Positions 36,576-44,465 are shown, counted from the first letter of the stretch. The stretch: 64,000 bases of DNA from Solirubrobacterales bacterium (GCA_003138355.1 PLFX01000043.1:53848-117847), one strand, 5' to 3'. The notes: generated from the letters alone by a model not told the origin. Made by a program: numbers and translations.

Positions 36576-37456
36576 TGGGCGATGAGGACGTGCTGGCGAG
36601 CCGCTTCGAGGAGCTGCGCCCGCGGCTGCGCACGCTCGCCTACCGGATGCTCGGCTCGCCCAGCGAGGCCGAGGACGCCATCCAGGAGACCTGGCTGCGC
36701 CTCGCGCGCAGCGACGCCCAGGAGATCGAGAACCTCGACGGCTGGCTGACGACCGTACTCGGGCGCGTCTGCCTGAACGTCTTGCGTTCGCGCCGCGCAC
36801 GGCGCGAGGAGCCGCTGCCCGACTACGCCGTGCCCGAGCTGATCGTGACGCGGCCGAGCGAAACGGACCCCGAGCACGAGGCGCTGCTGGCCGATGCGGT
36901 GGGCGTGGCGCTGCTCGTCATCCTCGACACGCTGAGCCCAGCCGAGCGCGTCGCATTCGTGTTGCGCGACATGTTCGCGATCCCCTTCGAGGAGATCGCG
37001 GGCATGCTCGAGCGCTCGCCCGAAGCGACACGCCAGCTCGCGAGCAGGGCGCGCCGGCGCGTGCGCGGGAGCGCCCCAACCCCGGACGCCGACCGCCGGC
37101 GCCAGCGCGAGGTCGTCGATGCCTTCTTTGCGGCGGCGCGCGGCGGCGATCTCGAGCGGCTCGTCACGCTGCTCGACCCGCAGATCGTCCTTCGCGCCGA
37201 CTTCGGACCGAAGCGCAAGCCCCTGCGACTCGAAGGGCCGGAGCGCGTCATCAAGGCTGCGCGCGCGGGCGCGGCGGCCGGCTACGAGCTCGTGCCGGTG
37301 CTCGTCAACGGGATCGCCGGAGCGCTGTCGCTGGAGAACGGCCGACCGTTCTCGCTGATGGCGTTCACGGTCGTCGACGGGCGCATCGTCGCGGTGGACG
37401 TGCTCGCCGACCGCGAGCGGCTCGCCGCGCTCGACGTGGAGGCGCTCAGGAGCTGA
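36575..37456 (+). CDS. ECF sigma factor with fused C-terminal SnoaL-like domain (ECF41/SigJ-like)
   Basis: 293 aa. Region 2 'AEDAIQETWLRLARSD', region 4 'AERVAFVLRDMFAIPFEEIAGML', and a C-terminal extension of about 110 aa. No adjacent anti-sigma gene. A CMD gene lies divergent to it. Confidence 0.85.
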   Translation: MGDEDVLASRFEELRPRLRTLAYRMLGSPSEAEDAIQETWLRLARSDAQEIENLDGWLTTVLGRVCLNVLRSRRARREEPLPDYAVPELIVTRPSETDPEHEALLADAVGVALLVILDTLSPAERVAFVLRDMFAIPFEEIAGMLERSPEATRQLASRARRRVRGSAPTPDADRRRQREVVDAFFAAARGGDLERLVTLLDPQIVLRADFGPKRKPLRLEGPERVIKAARAGAAAGYELVPVLVNGIAGALSLENGRPFSLMAFTVVDGRIVAVDVLADRERLAALDVEALRS

Positions 37457-37769
37457 CCGGTGGGCGGTAGGCGACCTGCTGGGCGCTCGCGGCGTCGAGC
37501 TCCTCGGGCGTCAGCAAGACGACCGTGCGCAGCGTTGCCGCGCCGGATGCGGCGACGGCGAGCGCCTGCGCAGCGGCGGTGATGTTGCCGTCGTGCTCGG
37601 CGATGACGTACGCGTCGGTCCCCCCGAAGGCGAAGTAGAAGGCCTCGAGGTGCCCGCCGGCCTGCTCGACCGATTCGCGAATCGCTTCGCGTCGCGCGCT
37701 ACCGCCGTGCGCGAGGACGCCCTTCGCCCCATCGACGGTATAGCTGACCTCGAACAGGTACTTGGGCAC
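37446..37769 (-). CDS. GYD domain-containing protein
   Basis: 107 aa. 'MPKYLFEVSYTVDGAKGVL...HLEAFYFAFGGTDAYVIAE' fits the small GYD family. Confidence 0.75.
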   Translation of the reverse strand: MPKYLFEVSYTVDGAKGVLAHGGSARREAIRESVEQAGGHLEAFYFAFGGTDAYVIAEHDGNITAAAQALAVAASGAATLRTVVLLTPEELDAASAQQVAYRPPVSS

Positions 37770-37829
37770 TCACGCGAGTGTAGCCGCCTCGTCGTGGAGC
37801 GCCGCGGGCTCCTGGCAGGTCGGGCAGCA

Positions 37830-38326
37830 CCGTTGAAGCCCGTGCTCCAGTGCCAGCCCTACGCGCGCGCGAAGCGGGTCGGGCTTGATGTCGACCTCGC
37901 GCCCGACCTCCCCGAATGGGTCCACGGCCAGCCGGCTCGCCTGCACACGGCACTCGAGCGGCTCGTCCACTCGGCGATCGCTGCAACGGCGGAGGGCGGC
38001 GTCGCGGTCTGCGTCCGCCTGCGCGGCGCGACGCGCAACGGCGCGCTCGTTCGGATCGAGGTCAGCGACACCGGGCTCGGCGTCGAGCCGGCGGTCGTCG
38101 CCAACGCCGCGAACGCGGACGTGCGAACCGACGCGCACGCACACGCGAGCATCGCGCTCGGCCGAGCGACGCGCTGTTCGCGTCGCTCGGAGCCACGGTT
38201 GAGTCGCTGCGCGAACCGGAGCTCGGGAGCTTCGTGTGGGTCGACGTGCCGCTGCGAATCTCGCGCTTCCAGCGCACCGCGGCGAACGATCAGGAGGCGC
38301 TCGCCGAGCTGCGCGCCGCCGCCTGA
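37830..38326 (+). pseudogene. histidine-kinase HATPase_c remnant (5'-truncated and frameshifted)
   Basis: One frame reads 'LDVDLAPDLPEWVHGQPARLHTALERLVHSAIAATAEGGVAVCVRLRG...ALVRIEVSDTGLGVEP' (N-box and G1 region). After about 38160 the homology continues in another frame: 'DALFASLGATVESLREPELGSFVWVDVPL'. No HisKA or sensor region lies upstream, because the GYD gene abuts it. Confidence 0.5.
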
Positions 38327-38404
38327 GCCGCCGGCTTGCGCGGGCCCGCGGAGCGCTGTAGCGTCGTGCCCGAAAGCGAGGCGGCCAGGAGAAAGAGGGT
38401 GGCG

Positions 38405-38692
38405 ATGAACGTGCGCGTTGTCAGATTCACGGACGTGAGCGCGGAGCGGATCGAAGCGCTGCGGACACGGCTCGAGGAAGCCGACGGGCCACCGGAGGGC
38501 GTGCGCGCCACAGCGCTCACGGTGCTCTTCGACGAGGCTCACGGCACGGCGGTGGTGCTCCAGCACTTCGCGAACGCCGAGGACATGGAGGAGGGCGACC
38601 GGATTTTCGGCGCGATGGATCCCGGCGAGACACCAGGAACGCGCGCGTCGGTCGACATGTGCGGAGTCGCAATCGAGCTGAAGCAAAGTTGA
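38405..38692 (+). CDS. hypothetical small protein (ferredoxin-like/ABM-like guess)
   Basis: ATG at 38405 preceded by 'gagaaagaggg'. 95 aa: 'MNVRVVRFTDVSAERIEALRTRLEE...'. I recognise no family with confidence. Confidence 0.45.
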   Translation: MNVRVVRFTDVSAERIEALRTRLEEADGPPEGVRATALTVLFDEAHGTAVVLQHFANAEDMEEGDRIFGAMDPGETPGTRASVDMCGVAIELKQS

Positions 38693-38696
38693 CGCG

Positions 38697-40109
38697 TCAG
38701 CGCAGCGGCTTGCGAGCAAGTGCGGCTAGCGCCTGCGCGGTCACCCAGACGGGGGTCTGCGAGACGCCCGAGCTGTAGTCGACAGCGCCCGCGGCGCTCG
38801 TCAATCGCTTGAGGTAGCTGAGGCCGACGGGCGCGCGGCCGGCGGCGATCAGCGCCTGCGCGGCCCACGCGGTCGACTGGGCGTCCGAGGGTCCGCCGGG
38901 CTGCTCGGGGAAGCCGCCGTCGTGGTTCTCGGCGTGGCGCAGGTAGGCGGTGCCTCGTTCGATCGCCGTCGCCGACCCGTTCGCGGCGACAAGCGCCTCG
39001 ATCGCGGCGGCGGTGTCGTCGACGTCGCTCGCGTCACCGCGCGCCGCGTAGCCGAAGCCGCCGTCCGGGTTCTGTTGCGCGGCGAGCCACGTCGGCGAGG
39101 GGCCGCGGGCCCCGGCGGCCTTGAGCGCGAGGATCCCGAAGGCGGTCAGGTTGACCTGGCGCGGGATCACGAGCTCGCGCACCAGGTCGTGGAGGGCGGC
39201 GTGCGCGCCCGCGAGCGCGAGGATCGTGCGCTCGATGTCGCCGGGTCCCTGGAGCTGACCGAGGTGCGACTCGATGTAGGTGACCGGCGTGTGGCCATCG
39301 CGCGTGAACGACGCGGGACTCGTGCCGGTCGCTTCGATCCCGATCAGCGCCCATGCAGTGAAGAGCTGAGATGACTGATCATCGCGCCAGCCCCCAAAAC
39401 CCCCGTCGCTGTTCTGCGCGGAGTGCAGATAGGCAAGCTGGCGTGCGATCGTCGGGGTCGTGCGCGCGAGCGCGAGACCCGTCGCGAGGCTGAGCCAGAG
39501 GACGAGGCTCAGCGAGGCGAAGACGACGACGCTGCGAGCGCGGAAGCGGCGCAGCGAGCGGATCAGGGCGGGTCCGACGGCGAGGAAGAAGAGGAGGTTT
39601 CCGATCGCGTGCGCGAGGTCGAACGGGAACGCCTGGCCCTCGACGAAGAGGAAGCCCGCGAACGTGTGGCTCGAGAAGGTGACCCAGGTCGAGAAGTTGA
39701 GGATCAGCCCATACGCGAAGCCCGCGGCGGCGCAGATCAAGGCCATCGGTAGGCGCGGGATCCGCCAGCGCGCGAGTCCCGCGCCTGCGAGTCCGACAAG
39801 CCCCCACGCGAGCATCTGCCAGGGCGTCCAGGGACCCTCGCCGAAGAAGATGTTCGACGCGATCGCCGACGTCGCGCCGACCGCGAAGCCCGGCGCGCCG
39901 CCGAGCGTGTAACCCGCGATCAGGACGATGTCGGTCGTCGGCTTGACGCTCGGGAGCGCGGCGAAGGCGATCCGCCCGAGCGTCGCGAGGGCGGCGAGCG
40001 TCGCGACGAGTGCGACGGTTCGGGAGCTCGGGCGCGAGCGCTCCCACCAGGCGAAGCCGCCGATCAGCGCGAGGCCAAGCAGCCCGAAGGCGGCGAGCTC
40101 CCAGCTCAT
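38697..40109 (-). CDS. ECF S-component-like membrane domain fused to prenyltransferase/terpene-cyclase-type alpha/alpha-toroid repeat domain
   Basis: Start placed at ATG 40109, giving an ATGA overlap with the ATPase stop; 470 aa.
- The N-terminal ~200 aa hold 5-6 TM helices ('LPSVKPTTDIVLIAGYTLGGAPGF').
- The C-terminal ~270 aa hold repeated 'QNSDGGFGGW', 'QNPDGGFGY' and 'ENHDGGFPE' motifs.
- The remainder of the 804-aa ORF overlaps the ATPase gene and is rejected. Confidence 0.75.
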   Translation of the reverse strand: MSWELAAFGLLGLALIGGFAWWERSRPSSRTVALVATLAALATLGRIAFAALPSVKPTTDIVLIAGYTLGGAPGFAVGATSAIASNIFFGEGPWTPWQMLAWGLVGLAGAGLARWRIPRLPMALICAAAGFAYGLILNFSTWVTFSSHTFAGFLFVEGQAFPFDLAHAIGNLLFFLAVGPALIRSLRRFRARSVVVFASLSLVLWLSLATGLALARTTPTIARQLAYLHSAQNSDGGFGGWRDDQSSQLFTAWALIGIEATGTSPASFTRDGHTPVTYIESHLGQLQGPGDIERTILALAGAHAALHDLVRELVIPRQVNLTAFGILALKAAGARGPSPTWLAAQQNPDGGFGYAARGDASDVDDTAAAIEALVAANGSATAIERGTAYLRHAENHDGGFPEQPGGPSDAQSTAWAAQALIAAGRAPVGLSYLKRLTSAAGAVDYSSGVSQTPVWVTAQALAALARKPLR

Positions 40110-41686
40110 GCCGCTGTCCAGGCAGTCAGGGCCGCAGCGCCCTGGTCGGGGGTGAGCGCGCCGGCGTGGCCGCGCAGGACGCGCGCCGTCTCGGTCGCGA
40201 AGTACCAGCCGCCGGCGAGCAGGTTCGCGGGCGGCGCGTCGGCGAGGATGCGCCCGCCGGCGAGGAGGATCGCGCGCGTCGCGAAGGCGGCGGCGAACTC
40301 GGGGTCGTGGGTTGCGACGATCACCGCCGCCCCGGCGGCGGCGCGGGCCTTGAGCGCGCTCGCGAGCTGCGCCTTGGCCCGGCGGTCCATGCCGCGGGTT
40401 GGCTCGTCGAGGCACAGCACGGCGGCTTCGTCGGCGGCGATCAGGGCGAGTGCGAGGCGCTGGCGCTCGCCGCCCGAGAGGTCGCGCGGCTGGCGGTCGC
40501 CGAGGTGCTCGAGACCGGCCGCCTTTAGCTCCGCGGGCGGGAGCTCGTCGGCGACGCGCTCGTGCGTGAAGTAGGCCGAGGGGTCCTGGAGCAGGAGCGC
40601 GACGTGGCCCGTAGCGCTGACGCGGCCGCGGGTCGGCGCCAGCAGACCCGCGGCGTGGCGCAGCAGCGTCGACTTGCCGGCGCCGTTGCGCCCGAGCAGA
40701 GCGATCAGCTCGCCCGCGCGCACGGCGAGCGAGACCGCGGCGAGGATCGTCGGTCCGCGGTCGAGCTCGTGCCACACACCGTCGAAGCGCAGCACGGCAT
40801 CCTCGGTGCGGCGCGAGCGACGTTCGCGCCGCGGCAGCGGTGGCGGCTCGCCGGCCGGTGGCAGCAGGTTGTGGCGCGCGAGCGTCGCGCGCGCCTGCTT
40901 GACGCCGGTCGGCGGGGGGTCGAGTCCGAGCGATGCGACGAGCCGCGCCGCGGGCGTCTCGAGGCTCGGCGCCGCGCCGTGGGCCCAGTCGAGGAACTCG
41001 CTCGGCGGCGCGTCGCAGGCGATCCGCCCGGCGTCGAGGACGACCACGCGGTCGGCGGCAGCCAGACAGCGCTCGAGGCGGTGCTCGGCGAGCAAGACGG
41101 CGGTCCCCCACTCCTCGTTCAGCCGGCGCAACAGGCCGAGCAGCTCGTCGCCCGCGACCGGGTCAAGCTGCGAGGTCGGCTCGTCGAGAGCGAGCAGCCG
41201 CGGGTGGCCGGCGAGTGCTGCGCCGAGCGCGACGCGCTGGAGCTCGCCGCCCGAGAGCGTGTTCGTGCGGCGGTCGAGCAGCGCGCTGACGCCGAGCGCG
41301 AGCGCCGCCTCCTCCACCCCTCGCGCGGTCGCGACCGCGTCGAAGCCGCGGTTCTCGAGCGGGAAGGCCAGCTCGGCGCGCGGCGTGCCCATCAGCACCT
41401 GGGTCTCGGGGTCTTGGAACAGCGCGCCGACGTGCGTGGCGAGCTCGGCCGGGCCGTTGTACTCGAGATCAAGGCCACAGACCTCGGCGTCGCCGGCGAG
41501 CGTGCCGCCGTGGAAGTGCGGGACGATCCCGCAGGCGAGGCCGAGCAGCGTGCTCTTGCCGGATGCGGAGAGCCCGGCGACGATCACGAACTCGCCTTCC
41601 TCGATCGTCAGGCTGACGCGGTCGAGCGCGGGGGCCGCCGCGCCCGGGTAGCGGTAGGTCAGCTCGTGCAGCTCGAGGACACTCAC
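40106..41686 (-). CDS. ecfA: ECF transporter fused double ATPase (EcfA1-EcfA2 type ABC protein)
   Basis: 526 aa with two ABC cassettes.
- Walker A: 'GLSASGKST' and 'GRNGAGKST'.
- Signature: 'LSGGELQR' and 'LSGGERQR'.
- Walker B: 'LLALDEP' and 'VLCLDEP'. Confidence 0.9.
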   Translation of the reverse strand: MSVLELHELTYRYPGAAAPALDRVSLTIEEGEFVIVAGLSASGKSTLLGLACGIVPHFHGGTLAGDAEVCGLDLEYNGPAELATHVGALFQDPETQVLMGTPRAELAFPLENRGFDAVATARGVEEAALALGVSALLDRRTNTLSGGELQRVALGAALAGHPRLLALDEPTSQLDPVAGDELLGLLRRLNEEWGTAVLLAEHRLERCLAAADRVVVLDAGRIACDAPPSEFLDWAHGAAPSLETPAARLVASLGLDPPPTGVKQARATLARHNLLPPAGEPPPLPRRERRSRRTEDAVLRFDGVWHELDRGPTILAAVSLAVRAGELIALLGRNGAGKSTLLRHAAGLLAPTRGRVSATGHVALLLQDPSAYFTHERVADELPPAELKAAGLEHLGDRQPRDLSGGERQRLALALIAADEAAVLCLDEPTRGMDRRAKAQLASALKARAAAGAAVIVATHDPEFAAAFATRAILLAGGRILADAPPANLLAGGWYFATETARVLRGHAGALTPDQGAAALTAWTAA

Positions 41687-42546
41687 CGCTCGATCCCCCG
41701 CCGCTGGCCGAAGGGCGCCGCGGCGAGCACGACGAAGGCGAGGCTCACCGCCTCGGTGCGCGCGCTCGCGAGCGAGCCGTGGAAGGTCGGATAGAAGTCA
41801 AACGGGGCGAGTCCGAGGAGCACAGTGATCAGCGCGAGCGCTGCGATCGCGGCCGCCGCGCCGGCGAACGCGAGGTCGTGGCGCGAGCGCGGAGCGCGGG
41901 CGGCGCGCGGGGCCGACGCGCTCGCGTAGCCGCGCACCTCGAGCGTCGCGGCGATGTCGAGCGCACGATCGAGCGCATTCGTCGTGATCGCGCGGGCGAT
42001 CAGCGTGCGTGGCGCGGGCCGCCGGCGGGTGCGCTGGGCCTCCGCGATCCGCTGCGCATCGAAGGCAAGCAGCGGAACCATCCGGGTCGCGAGCGTTGCC
42101 GTCAGCGCCGAGCGAAACGAGACGCGGCGCAGCGAGCGAAGCAGCGCGTCGGGGTCGATCGCCGCGCTCCAGAGCGCGCAAACCGCAACGGTGAGCGCGA
42201 GCTGAAGCCCGAACATGGCGCCGTAGGCGAGCGCCTCGAGCGTCGGGTCGACCTGGCCGAACGGTCCCCAGTCACCGAAGCGGGCGAGCACGGTCAGGCC
42301 GTTGCGCGAGACGAGCGGATTGATCAGCGCGACGACGAGCGCCATCGGCAGCGAGAGGTAGAGCGAGCGAGCGACGCGCCCGGGGGCACGGGCGCCGGCG
42401 GCGGCGGTCGCGATCGCCACCGCCAGCGCGCCGAGGACGAGCGGGTTATGGGTCAGGAGGATCGCGGTGACGAGCGCGGCGCAGTAGGCGCTCGCCGGTG
42501 CGGCGCGCGCCGCGTGCAGCGGGCTTGCGCGCGTGAGGTAGCTCAC
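41683..42546 (-). CDS. ecfT: ECF transporter transmembrane component (EcfT/CbiQ family)
   Basis: 287-aa multi-TM protein. Lies between the DUF4430 gene and the ATPase, with 4-nt overlaps at both ends. Arg-rich coupling-helix region 'RIAEAQRTRR'. Confidence 0.8.
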   Translation of the reverse strand: MSYLTRASPLHAARAAPASAYCAALVTAILLTHNPLVLGALAVAIATAAAGARAPGRVARSLYLSLPMALVVALINPLVSRNGLTVLARFGDWGPFGQVDPTLEALAYGAMFGLQLALTVAVCALWSAAIDPDALLRSLRRVSFRSALTATLATRMVPLLAFDAQRIAEAQRTRRRPAPRTLIARAITTNALDRALDIAATLEVRGYASASAPRAARAPRSRHDLAFAGAAAAIAALALITVLLGLAPFDFYPTFHGSLASARTEAVSLAFVVLAAAPFGQRRGIER

Positions 42547-43472
42547 GGCCCGCCCAGTGGCAACGGCTGCGCGACGTCGTTTGCGATCGCGACCGCGAAG
42601 TGCCCATCGAGCGTGCCGGCGTTGAACGCCTGCACCGCCGCCGTGACGCCGGCCGCGTCGGTGCCGGTGACAAACCAGACGGGCGGCGCGCCGTTCAGGC
42701 GCGTCGCGGCGATCAGGCCGGCGCCGGGGCCGAGCGTCTTGACGACTTGGCCAGTCTGGCCGAGGAGCTCGAGCTTGTCCCCGCCGTCAACGAAGCGCGC
42801 GAAGACGCCGCTCGCCGACGGGCCGTCGCGCAACAGGTCGGCGGTCCGGTCGATCGCGAGCGTCGAGTAGGGACCGACGACTACGCGCAGCGACTTGTTG
42901 TACGCGGCGCAGTCGAGGCAGCCGAGCCCGACGACGATCTGCTGGGCGCCGAGCGCGCCGAAGACGTTGGTGCAGGCTTTCGTGTTCGGCTGCGTGCACT
43001 CGACGCGAACGGGATAGCGCTGCCCGCCGTAGCCGTCGAGGAAGGGCTCAGGGAAGGAGCCGACAACCGCCGGGATGTTCTCGGTGCCGGCCCAGACGTG
43101 GCGATCCCACCAGATGTGATCCCCATCGTGGACCTTCGTGGCGGCGGCGCCCTTCCCCGACTGGACACCGTTGACGTAGAGGAACCAATCGTCGGGCTGA
43201 CCGTTCTGCGTGCCGCCCGATCGGCCGTCGATCGACTCGACGAAGCCACCGCCGTAGCGTGTCGTCACTCGCGCGTTGCGCTCGAGCAGGCGCATCACCG
43301 TGTCCGCGCCGGAGACCTTCGGCGCAGGTGATTGGAGCAGCGTCTGCACGCCGAACCCCTGCGTGACAAGGAGCGCGGCGCCCGTCGGCGTGGCCCCGGC
43401 GCCGATGCCGCAGGCGGTCGTGATGGCTATGCTACCAGCCACCACGACCGCGAGCAGGCGCTTGCGGCTCAT
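42543..43472 (-). CDS. lipoprotein with N-terminal DUF4430 (transcobalamin beta-domain-like) domain
   Basis: Start placed at ATG 43472 (ATGA overlap). Lipobox 'SIAITTACG'. 'TVMRLLERNARVTTRYGGGFVESIDGRSG...DDWFLYVNGVQSGKGAAATKVHDGDHIWW' matches the DUF4430 pattern. A C-terminal region of about 170 aa is unassigned. Confidence 0.75.
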   Translation of the reverse strand: MSRKRLLAVVVAGSIAITTACGIGAGATPTGAALLVTQGFGVQTLLQSPAPKVSGADTVMRLLERNARVTTRYGGGFVESIDGRSGGTQNGQPDDWFLYVNGVQSGKGAAATKVHDGDHIWWDRHVWAGTENIPAVVGSFPEPFLDGYGGQRYPVRVECTQPNTKACTNVFGALGAQQIVVGLGCLDCAAYNKSLRVVVGPYSTLAIDRTADLLRDGPSASGVFARFVDGGDKLELLGQTGQVVKTLGPGAGLIAATRLNGAPPVWFVTGTDAAGVTAAVQAFNAGTLDGHFAVAIANDVAQPLPLGGP

Positions 43473-44251
43473 CGCACCATGCGCGGGCACATCGCTCCGA
43501 GCTTGTGAACGCAGATCGCCGTCTCGTCGCGCACTGCGTTCGGCGCGCTCGCCTGGAGCTCGACGATCCCGGCGCTCGCGACGGTCAGCGTGGCCTCGCC
43601 CGAGCTCGTCGTGCTCGCGTGCGCGCCGGCGCCGCTAACGCTCGCACCGGCCTGCGGTGAGGGCTTGCCGGTGGCATTCGCGTAGCTCGTGACGAACACC
43701 TTGAACGGCTTGCCGACGAGCACTTCGGCCGGGCCGCTGATGCCGAGCACGTTCGCGGGCGCGGTCGACTTGCTCTTGCCGTCGTAGTCGGGGAAGAACA
43801 GGATGCTCGAGCCGGCGGTCGGGTAGAGCGAGCAGGCGCCGAGCTGCGCGGGCTTGTCGTTGACCCAGACGCTCCAGTAGTAGCTGGCGGAGCTCGAGTA
43901 GGCCTGGCCCTCGATCGCGCTGATGAAGTACTGGCGGTAGGACTTCGACCAGCTGCCCCCCCAGGCTCCCTTCGTCGCGTCCTGGAGCGCGCCGAGCGCG
44001 CTGAGGCCGCTACAGCTGTCTGTCGCCTTGCCGTCCTTGGTGACCGATCCGCTGGTCAGCGTGACGGCGGTCGGCGGCAGGAGCGTCTTTGTCAGGCCCT
44101 CGACGCGGACGGTGATGTTCGGCGTCGGGCCCTTCGGGACGGCGCTTGCCTGGCTTTGTGCGGCGAGAGCTCCGGCTGTGAGCAGCGCTGTGCCGGCGAG
44201 CGCAAGCGTGAGGCGCGCGCGCGAAGCGCGGCCGGGAACGGTGATCTTCAT
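43469..44251 (-). CDS. secreted protein with DUF4430 (transcobalamin beta-domain-like) domain
   Basis: ATG at 44251 preceded by 'ggaaagggg'. Signal peptide 'LTLALAGTALLTAGALAAQSQA'. Contains 'LSALGALQDATKG...YFISAIEGQAY...YYWSVWVNDKPAQLGACSLYPTAGSSILFF'. First gene after the cobalamin riboswitch. Confidence 0.7.
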   Translation of the reverse strand: MKITVPGRASRARLTLALAGTALLTAGALAAQSQASAVPKGPTPNITVRVEGLTKTLLPPTAVTLTSGSVTKDGKATDSCSGLSALGALQDATKGAWGGSWSKSYRQYFISAIEGQAYSSSASYYWSVWVNDKPAQLGACSLYPTAGSSILFFPDYDGKSKSTAPANVLGISGPAEVLVGKPFKVFVTSYANATGKPSPQAGASVSGAGAHASTTSSGEATLTVASAGIVELQASAPNAVRDETAICVHKLGAMCPRMVR

Positions 44252-44284
44252 CGGTGCCAACCCCTTTCCACGAGGGTTCTTGTG

Positions 44285-44455
44285 GGCTTGCGGTCGGCGC
44301 AGGTCTCCTGGCTTCCGGGCCGATCCTCTCCGCGCCTTCCCGGCTCGCTGTGGCGAGCCAGTGGCCGGCGCTCACGCGCCTGCGGTGGACTTCCCCGGTC
44401 ACAGTGGCGGGTCCGCGCCGGCCTCTCACCGGCTTCCCATGCCACCGACCTATGA
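44285..44455 (-). promoter_or_regulatory. cobalamin (B12) riboswitch
   Basis: The minus-strand RNA reads 'GGUCGGUGGCAUGGGAAGCCGGUGAGAGGCCGGCGCGGACCCGCCACUGUGACCGGGGAAG...' followed by the B12 box 'GGAAGCCAGGAGACCUGCGCCGACC'. P1 is GGUCGG/CCGACC. It matches the conserved cobalamin riboswitch core and lies directly upstream of the operon. Confidence 0.9.
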
Positions 44456-44465
44456 CCGGCGCATC

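Noticed and set aside
38697-41111. 804-aa ORF taken at face value. The same applies to the N-terminal extensions of 4004..5710 (568 aa), 15229..17142 (637 aa), 30714..32636 (640 aa), 23839..24861 (340 aa) and 34655..35857.
   Set aside because: The upstream parts overlap the preceding, well-supported gene and are Arg-rich nonsense. Internal ATG/GTG starts that form ATGA/GTGA overlaps with the upstream stop give proteins of normal length, with N-termini typical of each family.
40106-44251. Interpreting the riboswitch operon as a CbiMNQO cobalt transporter.
   Set aside because: There is no CbiM-type S component (the MHxxEG N-terminus is absent) and no CbiN. The presence of two DUF4430-like binders and the toroid fusion argues for a corrinoid rather than a metal-ion substrate. 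The possibility is kept as an alternative in the main finding's refutation criteria.
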